DNA of 64,000 nucleotides from Nitrosopumilus sp. Its GTDB lineage: Archaea; Thermoproteota; Nitrososphaeria; Nitrososphaerales; Nitrosopumilaceae. This document shows positions 19,378 through 29,321 of the stretch, piece by piece; positions within the stretch are counted from its first letter, which is position 1; the number at the start of each line of letters is the position of its first letter. The stretch lies in contig OZ242220.1 in the NCBI GenBank assembly GCA_965206745.1, forward strand, positions 1,408,001 through 1,472,000. The letters are read 5' to 3'. The translations under genes were made by a program, and so were the position numbers. Below the pieces are notes generated by a model. It searched no databases, had not been told where the DNA came from, and was given only the letters and a program-made list of their open reading frames with translations.

Positions 19378-19405
19378 TGTACAATTTACAGTTGTAACTT
19401 GTACA
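19378..19405. promoter_or_regulatory. 28-bp near-perfect palindrome between divergent TATA-like boxes
   Basis: TGTACAA-T-TTACA-GT-TGTAA-C-TTGTACA. Confidence 0.6.
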
Positions 19406-19614
19406 CAATAGTTTTAAACAAGTGCACGAGGTTTTATAATGTCAAATCACATTGACTGAAGATTCTAGAACATTTGCAGACATGCTAATCAGTCACATAT
19501 TATCTCAAAAAAAGCATTGGCACTGCCTAAAAACTGGCTTTTTCTACACAGCAAAATCACATGTCAAATATGGATGAGTCTCGTAACCAAGATTCCAGTT
19601 TAGTTTTTTCCATC

Positions 19615-20310
19615 TCAAGTCTCCTTCACACACATCTTGTCATTCTCATAAACCGCATAATGCCTTCTGCCGGTGTCAAGGCAGATGTGTAAATCGTTTT
19701 TTCTCACATGATGTGATCTTGTGTGGCCAAAGATCTGTTTTTGCCCTGGAATGTCGACAAACTCATCATAGTCACACCAGAGAATACCGCCATGCTTGTA
19801 TCTTCCTCCTCGGGATACGCCACATTGCAAGAATCTGTGATAAAAGCCCGCATCATTGATCTTCAAGATGTCTTCATGAGATTCCAGCATGAAATCGTAC
19901 AGATTTGTAGTGGAGAACTGCTCATAGAACTGTCTGCTCACACCTGCATGGGTGCAAAGCCAGTCATGCACGTAACAGTACAGTTTCAGATCCTCCCAAG
20001 GTATGCGATACATGTTGATGATGTATTTTTTGTACTCTGTAAAACCGCTTGACTTCAAATGTGGCAGACTAGTCATATAGCTTAGGTCATGATTTCCAAC
20101 CAGATGCACCCTGTCTTTTTTCTTCAAGGAATCTTTGAGCCACTGTGCAGTTTGAGCCGTTGATTCATCAGTTTCAGTAAACGAGTCAAAGTAATCTCCA
20201 AGGAACACTGTCTTGTCGGGTTTTTCTTTATCTATGACTATTTCTGCATCAACAAAGTTTGTATGGATGTCCGGTATTATTACAACTTTTTCTGGAATGC
20301 CGCTAGTCAT
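19615..20310 (-). CDS. Calcineurin-like metallophosphoesterase
   Basis: DIH, GDYFD, GNHD, THAG and GHT motifs. Confidence 0.9.
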   Translation of the reverse strand: MTSGIPEKVVIIPDIHTNFVDAEIVIDKEKPDKTVFLGDYFDSFTETDESTAQTAQWLKDSLKKKDRVHLVGNHDLSYMTSLPHLKSSGFTEYKKYIINMYRIPWEDLKLYCYVHDWLCTHAGVSRQFYEQFSTTNLYDFMLESHEDILKINDAGFYHRFLQCGVSRGGRYKHGGILWCDYDEFVDIPGQKQIFGHTRSHHVRKNDLHICLDTGRRHYAVYENDKMCVKET

Positions 20311-20479
20311 CTTAAATTAAATTCTCCTACTTTTAATAATACGGGTTTCTGCTTTAAATCCATTATCAGAATGAGTTATTACTGATTCGGTCCCTGCAAA
20401 TTCTCGTGTTGGCCGTATGTACCTAATTTCTCCAAATGCCACCATGACTGATTGCCATGATAATTTGGCATGCCAGATT

Positions 20480-20788
20480 TTACACCTCTACAAAGACATT
20501 CTCAGACTCTACAACCACATTATATGATGTCAGATCCCTGATCGTTGCCGGAAACTTGATCAGTTTACCGGTTTTACAATCAAATTCTGCCCCATGCCAT
20601 CCGCAAGTAATGGTGCAACCGTCTAGTTTTCCTTCAGACAAACTAGAGCCTGAATGAGTGCACGAGTCGTCAGTTGCATGGTATTCTCCGTCAATATTTG
20701 CAACTAGAATGTCCCTACCATCAATGGACACTTTGATCATCTTTCCAGGCGGAATCTCGGATGTTTTGCCAGCTATGATTTTTCCCAT
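20480..20788 (-). CDS. Rieske [2Fe-2S] ferredoxin
   Basis: CTH...CGWH; ATG at 20788. Confidence 0.92.
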   Translation of the reverse strand: MGKIIAGKTSEIPPGKMIKVSIDGRDILVANIDGEYHATDDSCTHSGSSLSEGKLDGCTITCGWHGAEFDCKTGKLIKFPATIRDLTSYNVVVESENVFVEV

Positions 20789-20827
20789 CGAAGTTTTTAT
20801 CAGAGCATTCTTAATAATTTTTTGTAT

Positions 20828-21613
20828 ATGGTCAAGTTGAAAATCAGAAAAGCTACAAATTCGGACAAGATTGCTGTTTTGAAATTCTGTCAAAATACTT
20901 TTTCATGGGGCGATTATGTAAAGCATGTCTGGGATTTTTGGCTATCTGAAGGGCATCTGTTTTTAGCTCAAATGCCCAATCCCGTTGGAATCTGTCATGC
21001 ATTCTACTCAGGGAACCAGGTATGGGTTGAGGGAATCAGAATTAAGCCTGACTTTCGCCACCAGGGCATTGCATCTGAACTGGTAAGGCATGCCGAACTT
21101 GCAAGTCGGGGCAAGAACATATCATTTTCGTACATGTTAATTGATATAGAAAATTCCGCCTCAATTTCAATGGCAAAATCCCTAAATTATGAAATTTTTC
21201 AAACGTGGAATTACTATTCTGTTGAGCCAAAAAATAACAAAAATTATGACGTCACTTTTAAGAGATCAGGTAATCTTCAGTCGTGCACCCATTACGTAAA
21301 ATCTTGGAGGTGGATTCCCATCGACGATGAAACATTGGAATCACTTTATGCCCAAAATAGAATTGTAAATTCCTCAATCAACAAAGACTCTATTGCCATC
21401 ATGACAGAGTCTGAGCATTTTGACAGAACACTGATGGTCACACTATTCCCCGGTTCTGATGAATCTGCACACCATCTTCTCTCTTTCTTGCAGAATTTTG
21501 GCTCAGAGAAGGACTACAAGCAGATACAGATTTTGACCAGAGAAAAGTTGCCAGAATTTGACACGCTAGAATCCAAAATATCATTTTATCTGATGAAAAA
21601 GTCATTATCCTAG
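20828..21613 (+). CDS. GNAT N-acetyltransferase
   Basis: WVEGIRIKPDFRHQGIA acetyl-CoA motif. Confidence 0.85.
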   Translation: MVKLKIRKATNSDKIAVLKFCQNTFSWGDYVKHVWDFWLSEGHLFLAQMPNPVGICHAFYSGNQVWVEGIRIKPDFRHQGIASELVRHAELASRGKNISFSYMLIDIENSASISMAKSLNYEIFQTWNYYSVEPKNNKNYDVTFKRSGNLQSCTHYVKSWRWIPIDDETLESLYAQNRIVNSSINKDSIAIMTESEHFDRTLMVTLFPGSDESAHHLLSFLQNFGSEKDYKQIQILTREKLPEFDTLESKISFYLMKKSLS

Positions 21614-22479
21614 TCGGATTTGACAATCTTTATCGTGTTGCTTAAAATTCCCAAATCCTCTATCTCCATCTCCACCCTGTCCCCGTCTTTTAGAAATACA
21701 GCATTTGGTTTGTTTAGCATTACTCCTGCCGGCGTGCCTGTAGAAATAACGTCTCCCTTCTCAAGGGTCATCACTTTGGAGATCTTTGAAACAATCTCGG
21801 GAATTTTGATAAGCATCTTACTTGATGAGGAGTTTTGTCTTAGCTCCCCGTTGATCTTGGTAGTCATCTTGAGGTTTTGAGGATCTCGGATTTCATCTCT
21901 TGTCGTAATCCACGGTCCGCACGGCGCAAATGAATCAAAGCCCTTTCCCCTTGTGAACTGCTTGTCTTTGAATTGGATGTCCCTTGCAGAAACATCGTTG
22001 AATACCATATATCCAAATATTGCATCAAATGCGTCATCTAGGCCAACATTTTTGCAGTTTTTGCCAATAATCAGGGCCAGCTCCACTTCATAATCTAACT
22101 GTGTGACAAAGTCAGGACATACAATCTCAGAATTTGTGCCGTTTAATGCGGTTCTTGGCTTCATTACCAGGGCAGGATCCTCTGGTGACTGCAATCCCTG
22201 TTCCATGGCATGGTCCACATAGTTGTACGCCAGACAGATTATCTTGTTGGGATTGGGAATCGGTGCCAGCATCTTGTACTTTGAGAGGTCCTCTGCATAC
22301 GGCAGATCCCCAATTTTACTTTTGATTTCGTCATACCATCCATCGAAAAGAAAATCCTTGATGTTCTGAGGGATGGGCACGCCTGTCAAATAGGTGATCT
22401 CGTCCCTGGTGGATACTTTATCCCCGTTGACAAAGCCGTATGTTTGGCCATCATCATGTAACAATCGTGCTATCTTCAT
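21610..22479 (-). CDS. Fumarylacetoacetate hydrolase family protein
   Basis: NYVDH, DYEVEL, NDVSARD, TGTPAGV. Confidence 0.92.
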   Translation of the reverse strand: MKIARLLHDDGQTYGFVNGDKVSTRDEITYLTGVPIPQNIKDFLFDGWYDEIKSKIGDLPYAEDLSKYKMLAPIPNPNKIICLAYNYVDHAMEQGLQSPEDPALVMKPRTALNGTNSEIVCPDFVTQLDYEVELALIIGKNCKNVGLDDAFDAIFGYMVFNDVSARDIQFKDKQFTRGKGFDSFAPCGPWITTRDEIRDPQNLKMTTKINGELRQNSSSSKMLIKIPEIVSKISKVMTLEKGDVISTGTPAGVMLNKPNAVFLKDGDRVEMEIEDLGILSNTIKIVKSD

Positions 22480-22485
22480 ATCAAA

Positions 22486-24195
22486 TCACTTGTGGGTAAA
22501 AATTGCCTGATTCTGTGAATCCTTTCTACAATATCCAAATCTAACAAATTGAATCTCTTCTCCTTCTTTTAATTGTAGGTAATGCGGTTCCGTATAAACG
22601 TCCAACTCCTCCAAACTGTCTTCGTTGAACTCATCGCCGTTAAATAACATCTTTGGGATGATCATCTTTATCTTGTGTGCAGTCTTTTGCGGGACCCACT
22701 GGATCTTTGTCACATCTTTTATGTCTCCGTCTTCAACGAATTCTCCTTCCAGCTGCGTCGCCTGCTTTGTGATGCGAATGTTTCCCAGACCCAGCAGACG
22801 GATTTGTGATCCCTCCTGAATTTCTTGTGCATCCTCGCCTGAAATGTAAAAGTTTCCATCAAGCTGAATTGTTCTCTTTCCCATATCATTTACCGGATGA
22901 TTTGGGATCTCAACAGATGATGTGGGCAGATTCCCCACTGAAAGCATTCTTGCATTAGCCACCATAAACAACCTAATGCTGTCTGAATCTACAAATTTTC
23001 TGTTAAAGGCCTCTAGCGCATCAAATGGGGCCAGGGTGTTTGCCTTGGTCAATCCCAGTGACATGATGAACTTTCTGATTGCCTCTGGCTTGATTCCTCT
23101 CCTTCTCAAGGCCTCCAATGTTGGTAGCCTTGGATCGTCATACCATGAAACTTTGCCCTCCTCAATCAACGGCTTGATGATTCTCTTTGATATTGGCATT
23201 CCCTTGAACTCTAATCTGGAGAAGAAGCCTTGGGCCGGCTTTCTCATGTTTAGCACATCCAAGATTGCATCAATTAGCTCTTTTCGTAGTTCAAACTCTT
23301 TTGAACGGAAGGCATGTGTGACCCCGTCGATGCTGTCTTCTATGGCAACTGCCATATCATAGCTTGGCCAGACCCTGTATTTTTCCCCCAAGGTGTAGTG
23401 CTTTCCTTCAATGATTCTAAACAAAACAGGATCCCGCATTACTGCGTTATCTGCCTGCATGTCCCCACGGAATCTAACGACTGCATCCCCTGGTTTGAAT
23501 TTGGCACTCATCTTTTCCCAGTTTTTGCTGTTCGTTTCTGCATCTTTTCTGCTGCACTTGCATGCCTTTCTCTCCCTTCTGTTTTTACTGATATCCTCTC
23601 GCTTGCAGGTACAGACGTATGCTTTTCCTGCATCGATTAACTCCATTCCCTTCTCATAAAACAACTCCATGTCATCAGACGTACTCTTTACCGTGTCAAA
23701 CTCGATTCCCAGCCATTCTAGTCCCACTTTGATGGCTGCATGGTATTCCATTCTTTCAGCCTCAGGATTCGTATCATCCATCCTCAGGATGAATTTCCCC
23801 CCGTACATTTTGGCATATTCTGAATTGATTATGGCAGCCTTTGCATGTCCAATGTGCGGATAGCCGTTGGGTTCTGGGGGGAACCGCGTGATGACTTTGC
23901 CCTGCTCGGCACCCTTTAGTTCTGGGAGGCCCTCTCTCCCCTCAATCTTTTTTTTGGGCGCTAAAATTTCTGGAAAATTTTCCTTGATTTGAGTTTCCTG
24001 ATCTTCAGGTGATAACTGGTTGACTGCAGACACGATTTCAGAGATGTCCCCTGAAATTTCCTTTACTTTGCTTCTCAACTCTGGTCTTGTTCCGAGAATC
24101 TTGCCCAAAATTATCTTGTCCCTGGTTTCTCCCCCGTGCTCAAAGGCATTCTGCAAGGCCATCTTTCTAATTTCTTTTTTTAGTTTGTCATCCAT
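22486..24195 (-). CDS. gltX: Glutamyl-tRNA synthetase
   Basis: RFPPEPNGYPHIGH, ISKR, QFVRFGY. Confidence 0.95.
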   Translation of the reverse strand: MDDKLKKEIRKMALQNAFEHGGETRDKIILGKILGTRPELRSKVKEISGDISEIVSAVNQLSPEDQETQIKENFPEILAPKKKIEGREGLPELKGAEQGKVITRFPPEPNGYPHIGHAKAAIINSEYAKMYGGKFILRMDDTNPEAERMEYHAAIKVGLEWLGIEFDTVKSTSDDMELFYEKGMELIDAGKAYVCTCKREDISKNRRERKACKCSRKDAETNSKNWEKMSAKFKPGDAVVRFRGDMQADNAVMRDPVLFRIIEGKHYTLGEKYRVWPSYDMAVAIEDSIDGVTHAFRSKEFELRKELIDAILDVLNMRKPAQGFFSRLEFKGMPISKRIIKPLIEEGKVSWYDDPRLPTLEALRRRGIKPEAIRKFIMSLGLTKANTLAPFDALEAFNRKFVDSDSIRLFMVANARMLSVGNLPTSSVEIPNHPVNDMGKRTIQLDGNFYISGEDAQEIQEGSQIRLLGLGNIRITKQATQLEGEFVEDGDIKDVTKIQWVPQKTAHKIKMIIPKMLFNGDEFNEDSLEELDVYTEPHYLQLKEGEEIQFVRFGYCRKDSQNQAIFTHK

Positions 24196-24214
24196 GATAG
24201 TTTGCCCCGTACAC

Positions 24215-25195
24215 CTACACACTTCGCTTTACCACAAAATCCAACAGTGAAATTAACTCTCCTTTTGCAGGACCAGAGTAGCCCCCTAATGCTTTCTCCG
24301 CCTTTTCGGCATATTTTAGGGCCTGCCCCCTTACACTCTCACCTATTCCCAAAGATCGTATGACATCGACTGCCCTGCTGAGATCCTTTCTGGATATCTT
24401 TGAATTTCCAAATGCCTTTAGGATTATCTTCTTATCATTGCCCTTTGCCGATTTTATTGCCATGAGAATGGGAAGTGATTTTTTTCCCTCCCTTAGATCA
24501 TTTCCCACGGGTTTTTTTGTTATCTTGGGATTGCCCATCACCCCGATAAGATCGTCAGTTATCTGGAATGCGATTCCCAGATTTCTTCCAAATGACGAAA
24601 GGTTTGAGATGTCCCTTGCCTTCTTTGTTGCACAAATTGCCCCCATTGCACAGGACACATCAAACAAGGCTGCGGTCTTTTTGCCTATCATGGTAATGTA
24701 TTCTGCCTGGGATGGAATCCTTTTCTCATCGGCCATCCTCACATCTAGCAGTTGGCCTTCACATACGTCCACGCAGGCCTTGGCAAGCCTGGATACCAGC
24801 TGGATGGTGGCACCGGGGGGTAGTTTTGAATCAGTAATAATCTGGAACGCCTTTGAAAACAGCACGTCCCCTGCAAGTATTGCAATTGGCATGCCGAACT
24901 TTTTATGCACAGTCTGAACCCCATGACGCACTTCATCATTGTCCATAATATCATCATGGACCAGTGTGAAATTATGGACCATCTCTACTGCGCTTGCAGC
25001 AGGCATTGCATCAGATGCCTTGCCTTTTAAAATTTGGCAGCTTCTGATAACCATGTACGGTCTAAGCCTTTTTCCACCATTTACAATCAGATGCCCTGCA
25101 GCATCATAGAGTTTCTTGGGATTTCCCTTTAGCTTTGAATTCAGATGCCTGTTTACTATTTTGGCATTTTTCTCCATGGATTTGGTTTTATTCAT
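24215..25195 (-). CDS. idsA: Geranylgeranyl diphosphate synthase
   Basis: GGKRLRP, HNFTLVHDDIMD, FQITDD. Confidence 0.9.
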   Translation of the reverse strand: MNKTKSMEKNAKIVNRHLNSKLKGNPKKLYDAAGHLIVNGGKRLRPYMVIRSCQILKGKASDAMPAASAVEMVHNFTLVHDDIMDNDEVRHGVQTVHKKFGMPIAILAGDVLFSKAFQIITDSKLPPGATIQLVSRLAKACVDVCEGQLLDVRMADEKRIPSQAEYITMIGKKTAALFDVSCAMGAICATKKARDISNLSSFGRNLGIAFQITDDLIGVMGNPKITKKPVGNDLREGKKSLPILMAIKSAKGNDKKIILKAFGNSKISRKDLSRAVDVIRSLGIGESVRGQALKYAEKAEKALGGYSGPAKGELISLLDFVVKRSV

Positions 25196-25832
25196 TTACT
25201 AACCTCCATTTTTCATTTGGCAAGTGGACCTTGATTGCCTTTTGTAGCTCATCATGAACTTCACTGGCAGTCCATGCAGATAAGACGCTTGCGTGCTTTT
25301 CAAGCATGGACTTGTTTGACTTTTCCAACAACTCCAGTGCGATGAGCATCCATGGGCAATAAATTTGCGGGTTTTTCTTTAGTTCAGCAACCAGTTCCTT
25401 GGCTGAGATCCATTTGATCTCGTCAATCTCACCTTCAATCTCCTTTAGTTCAGTAGATTTGTCAATTACGCCCAGCAGGGTTGCGCATATCTCGTTTTCA
25501 GAGCCCACGTCCCTGTAAGGAACATGGTACTCGAATTTGTGCAGATAGTCCAGCGTACCGCAGATTCCCAGTTCCTCAGGCATTCTTCTCTGGCCTGATG
25601 AAACGTACGTCTCTGACTCTCTGGGATGGCTTGCAAATGTCCCATCCCAATCACTGGGCCATAGCATTTTTTCTTTGGCTCTTCTTGCAAGAACCAGTCT
25701 TCCATCAGCATCAAACAACAGTGCAGTAAATGCCCGATGCAGCTTTCCATTTGGCAAGTGACACCTTACCTTTTCTTCACTTCCTATCGGATTGTCATTT
25801 TCATCAACTAGAATCACAAATTCTTCAGACAT
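25188..25832 (-). CDS. idi: Type 1 (Nudix) isopentenyl-diphosphate isomerase
   Basis: ILVDEND, LHRAF, ASHP, ENEIC, CPW. Confidence 0.88.
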   Translation of the reverse strand: MSEEFVILVDENDNPIGSEEKVRCHLPNGKLHRAFTALLFDADGRLVLARRAKEKMLWPSDWDGTFASHPRESETYVSSGQRRMPEELGICGTLDYLHKFEYHVPYRDVGSENEICATLLGVIDKSTELKEIEGEIDEIKWISAKELVAELKKNPQIYCPWMLIALELLEKSNKSMLEKHASVLSAWTASEVHDELQKAIKVHLPNEKWRLVNE

Positions 25833-26577
25833 TTCTTTTACCTCTAAACAATGTCCCTTCAAATGCCCTATTTTTAACCGCTTTTACAATTCTGTCAGGC
25901 TTGCCGCCGTTTGCAAAGAACACGTTGATTCCCATTTTGGCTATCTTTGACGCTTCTTGAACTTTTCTTGCCATTCCCCCTGTCACATCCATCTTGTTTT
26001 CAGAGATGGATGGGCGCTGGCCATGTAATTCATAAATCAGTTTTTTTGTTTTCAAATCAGAGTACAGTCCGTCCTCGTTTAGTGCAAAAATGCAAAGCCT
26101 GGGCCTTAGGGTTTTTGCAAGATGGGTCATAATCTTGTCCCCAGATAAGATGTATGTCTTTCCCTGACCGTACCATAATGCATCCCCATATGTGACGGGA
26201 ATCAGGCCGGATTTTGCAATTTTTTCAATCTCTCTGATTTTTTTGGTGATGGGCTTGTTTCCAGACATAAAGTCAGTCGGAGGAAGTGAGTATGGATTCT
26301 GTCTATTTTTTAACAGCGAGTCCAAAATAATTTTGTTCAACTCGATCATTGAATTCTTAACAAGTACAACCCCCTTTGGATCGTATCTTTTTTCCTTTGT
26401 ATGCATGTCGTATTTTACAGACCAGTAATGGCCATAGGATCCCCCCCCATGAACAATGACTAGCGGCTCATCAATCTTTCTCAGACTTTTAGAGAGATTC
26501 TCTATTGCTTTTTTCCTGACAGACAATGGTTTCTCTTTATTTGTAATTATAGAACCGCCCAACTTTATTAGAATCAT
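25825..26577 (-). CDS. ipk: Isopentenyl phosphate kinase
   Basis: IKLGGSIITNK, VHGGGSYGH, DVTGGM; adjacent to idi and idsA. Confidence 0.88.
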   Translation of the reverse strand: MILIKLGGSIITNKEKPLSVRKKAIENLSKSLRKIDEPLVIVHGGGSYGHYWSVKYDMHTKEKRYDPKGVVLVKNSMIELNKIILDSLLKNRQNPYSLPPTDFMSGNKPITKKIREIEKIAKSGLIPVTYGDALWYGQGKTYILSGDKIMTHLAKTLRPRLCIFALNEDGLYSDLKTKKLIYELHGQRPSISENKMDVTGGMARKVQEASKIAKMGINVFFANGGKPDRIVKAVKNRAFEGTLFRGKRNV

Positions 26578-26831
26578 GTACTTTAAAATCACCTGATCAA
26601 TTAAAAAGTAATGCAGTCTTTTTGCAAGATTTATAGCTTATTTTGGCATGTGCATGTAGGCATATCCACTGCTTTGGGAAAGCAAGGAAGGTTTTGAGGA
26701 AAAGAGATCAGGCAGAATCCAGCATGCAGAATAGATTTCACGCAATAATGAGTAATTTTGAGGCCTCTTACATGCAGTCGGCCCTCCCATTGACGAGGTT
26801 TCTAAACCGGATATAGTCAAACTAGTAAAGG

Positions 26832-26904
26832 GGCCCTCGAGGGGAATCGAACTCCTGTCCGAGGATCCACAATCCTCTATACTAACCACTGTACTACGAG
26901 GGCC
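26832..26904 (-). tRNA. tRNA-His(GTG) with encoded G-1
   Basis: G-GCCCTCG...CGAGGGC-C; GAGGA-TTGTGGA-TCCTC anticodon arm. Confidence 0.95.
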
Positions 26905-26998
26905 ACAAAAAAAGAAATTTGTTCATCTAGTAATAATCTTTAAGATTTGACTAGGGACTGTCCTGTAGATTTATTATTAACCAGATGAAATCATCAAT

Positions 26999-27079
26999 AT
27001 GCGACTATGGTGGGTTGGAATGGGAGCAACAATAGCAGTCATCTGGGTAGGAGTAAACTATCTTCTTCCATGGGTATAG
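26999..27079 (+). CDS. 26-aa single-TM small protein upstream of corA
   Basis: MRLWWVGMGATIAVIWVGVNYLLPWV*; TTATTATTAA at 26971-26980. Confidence 0.55.
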   Translation: MRLWWVGMGATIAVIWVGVNYLLPWV

Positions 27080-27177
27080 TTGGCAATCTTTTTGTCTAGT
27101 CAGCCTCAAATTCAAAATTAATTTTTGATTCACAGTAGCGATCGCTTTAAATTTGTTGTATCAGGGTGTTTTTCGAC

Positions 27178-28200
27178 ATGAGAAAAGGTTTCATCACAAG
27201 CAGATTACGCTCAAATAAAAAATCAGAAGACATTCCTATTGAAAATAAGATTCAGACCATCAAGGGGGAGAAATTTGTATGGATTGACCTGCAAAATCCA
27301 GACAGGGCAGATGTTGAGAGATTGGCTGAAAAATACAATTTCAACGCATTGAACATTGAGGATTGCATGACAAAGTTTGAGCTTCCAAAATTAGACAGTT
27401 ACGATGATCATTTCTTTGTAATTCTACATTTCCCGCCACTGGCACAGAAGATAGGGGTCTCAAAGAACAGTCAATTGTCAGTATTTGTAGGAAAAGACTT
27501 TCTAGTTACTGTTCATCAGGGGGACCTCAGACCGCTTGTTGAATTGGTAGACATATGCAAAACAAATGCTGATCAGCAAAGAAAGGAGAGGTTGCTGGGA
27601 AGATCTTCGGGGCTTCTATTGCACGAAATCTTGGATATCCTAGTAGATGATCTTTTACACACATCAAGGAAGATTATTGCAAACCTGGATGAGATTGAGG
27701 ACAGGGTTTTTGATGAGACAAAGCCGGTGGCAAGAAGTATTGCCCTACTCAGAAGGGAGATTAACAGGCTAAGAAGGATAGCCAACCCGCTAAAGAAATT
27801 CGTATTGGAAATAGCAAAACACGTCAAAGGGTTTTCAGGCAGCGAGGATGATGAGCTCACGCTATACTATGACGACGTCATTGATCACATTGACAAAGTC
27901 ATCGAGACCCTAGAGGAGTCAAGGGAGACTATGGAAATCTACAAGGATACTGATTTCGTGTTAAGTAATGAAAAGACAAACAAGGTTCTCGCGGTGCTGA
28001 CAATGATTTTCACGCTGGCAATTCCATCAACGGTCATTGGCACATTTTATGGGATGAATGTCGATCTACCCGGAGGCATCGGAGAGGGTTCGATGATTTT
28101 GGGGCCATTTACGACTTTTATAGTTGTGATAATCGCATCGGCAATCCCTGCAATCATGATGTTTGCATATTTCAAGAGATTGGGATGGATCAGCAGTTGA
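27178..28200 (+). CDS. corA: CorA-family Mg2+ transporter
   Basis: WIDLQNP, YGMNV signature, two C-terminal TM helices. Confidence 0.93.
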   Translation: MRKGFITSRLRSNKKSEDIPIENKIQTIKGEKFVWIDLQNPDRADVERLAEKYNFNALNIEDCMTKFELPKLDSYDDHFFVILHFPPLAQKIGVSKNSQLSVFVGKDFLVTVHQGDLRPLVELVDICKTNADQQRKERLLGRSSGLLLHEILDILVDDLLHTSRKIIANLDEIEDRVFDETKPVARSIALLRREINRLRRIANPLKKFVLEIAKHVKGFSGSEDDELTLYYDDVIDHIDKVIETLEESRETMEIYKDTDFVLSNEKTNKVLAVLTMIFTLAIPSTVIGTFYGMNVDLPGGIGEGSMILGPFTTFIVVIIASAIPAIMMFAYFKRLGWISS

Positions 28201-28337
28201 GATGGGAATCCTGATCGATTCTTGAGGAATGAGGCTCTGTTTTAGATCACTATTGAACAGTAACTAGTCGAGATCGCTAATATTGACCAGAGCACGATTT
28301 AGAGCTTAGATAAATACAAGATAATTATACCTAATCC

Positions 28338-28595
28338 ATGGGGAAAATTAAAATTAGAACCGGCAGAGGCACAGGAACTATTGAAGTTGATCAGGATGCC
28401 TCAAAATGGTCTGGAGATGACTTCAAAAAGATCCAAGAAGCAAGAAAGAAAGCAGCATCAAATAGGACTGTCTCATCAGGAAGAGGAACCAAGTCTAGAA
28501 AACTCGGCGACACACCTGAAGCAAAGAAAACAACCAGTACTAAAGGCAGGACAATCAGTACAGGCAGAGGCACAGGTTCTAGAAAAATCAAGTAA
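28338..28595 (+). CDS. Small basic protein with three (T/S)GRGT repeats
   Basis: 85 aa, K/R/G/T-rich; own AT-rich promoter and downstream T-tract. Confidence 0.8.
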   Translation: MGKIKIRTGRGTGTIEVDQDASKWSGDDFKKIQEARKKAASNRTVSSGRGTKSRKLGDTPEAKKTTSTKGRTISTGRGTGSRKIK

Positions 28596-28655
28596 AAACA
28601 GAATTACATCAATTCTTTATTTTTGAAATCTCTGATGTTATTCTCTTAAATTTTA

Positions 28656-29321
28656 TTATATTTTGATATCGGGATTTCCAGATTTTAGCTTGTCCCAATC
28701 TGCAAGAAAGTTTTCCAGACCAATCTTTGTTAGCGGGTGTGACATCATTTTATCCAATACTGCCGGAGGCAACGTGACAACATCTGCACCAATCTTTGCG
28801 GCATCCACCACATGCACGGGATGGCGAACACTTGCAACAAGAATTTGGGTTCCAAAATCATAGTTTGAGAAAATTTCTTTGATTTCTGAGATCAGATGCA
28901 TTCCATTTTGACCGATGTCATCGAGCCTTCCAATAAACGGACTGACATATTTTGCTCCGGCCTTGGCAGCAAGCAGTGCCTGGTTTGCAGAAAAGATCAG
29001 AGTAACGTTGACTGGAATTCCTTCAGACGAGAGTGACTTGCATGCCCTTAGACCATCAGGGGTCATGGGAACTTTGACTATGACATTTTTCCCGTACTGA
29101 CGAAGGCGCTTGCCCTCTTCTATCATTCCGGAATATTCGGTACTGACAACCTCTAGACTCACATCACCTTTGATAATTTTTGTAATTTCCTCCATTGCAT
29201 CTTTTGGATTGCCGCCTTCCTTGAACATGAGAGAAGGGTTGGTTGTAATTCCATCCAAGAGACCCATGTCGTTGAATTTTCTAATGGACTCAAGATTGGC
29301 AGTATCAAGAAAGATCTTCAT
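28656..29321 (-). CDS. tal: Transaldolase / fructose-6-phosphate aldolase
   Basis: FLDTA, GITTNPSL, VKVP, VSPFIGRLDD. Confidence 0.93.
   Translation of the reverse strand: MKIFLDTANLESIRKFNDMGLLDGITTNPSLMFKEGGNPKDAMEEITKIIKGDVSLEVVSTEYSGMIEEGKRLRQYGKNVIVKVPMTPDGLRACKSLSSEGIPVNVTLIFSANQALLAAKAGAKYVSPFIGRLDDIGQNGMHLISEIKEIFSNYDFGTQILVASVRHPVHVVDAAKIGADVVTLPPAVLDKMMSHPLTKIGLENFLADWDKLKSGNPDIKI

Noticed and set aside
25188-25832. Type 1 IDI in an archaeon as a novelty
   Set aside because: Already known for Nitrososphaerota and haloarchaea.
26638-26889. 83-aa ORF
   Set aside because: Overlaps tRNA-His; spurious.
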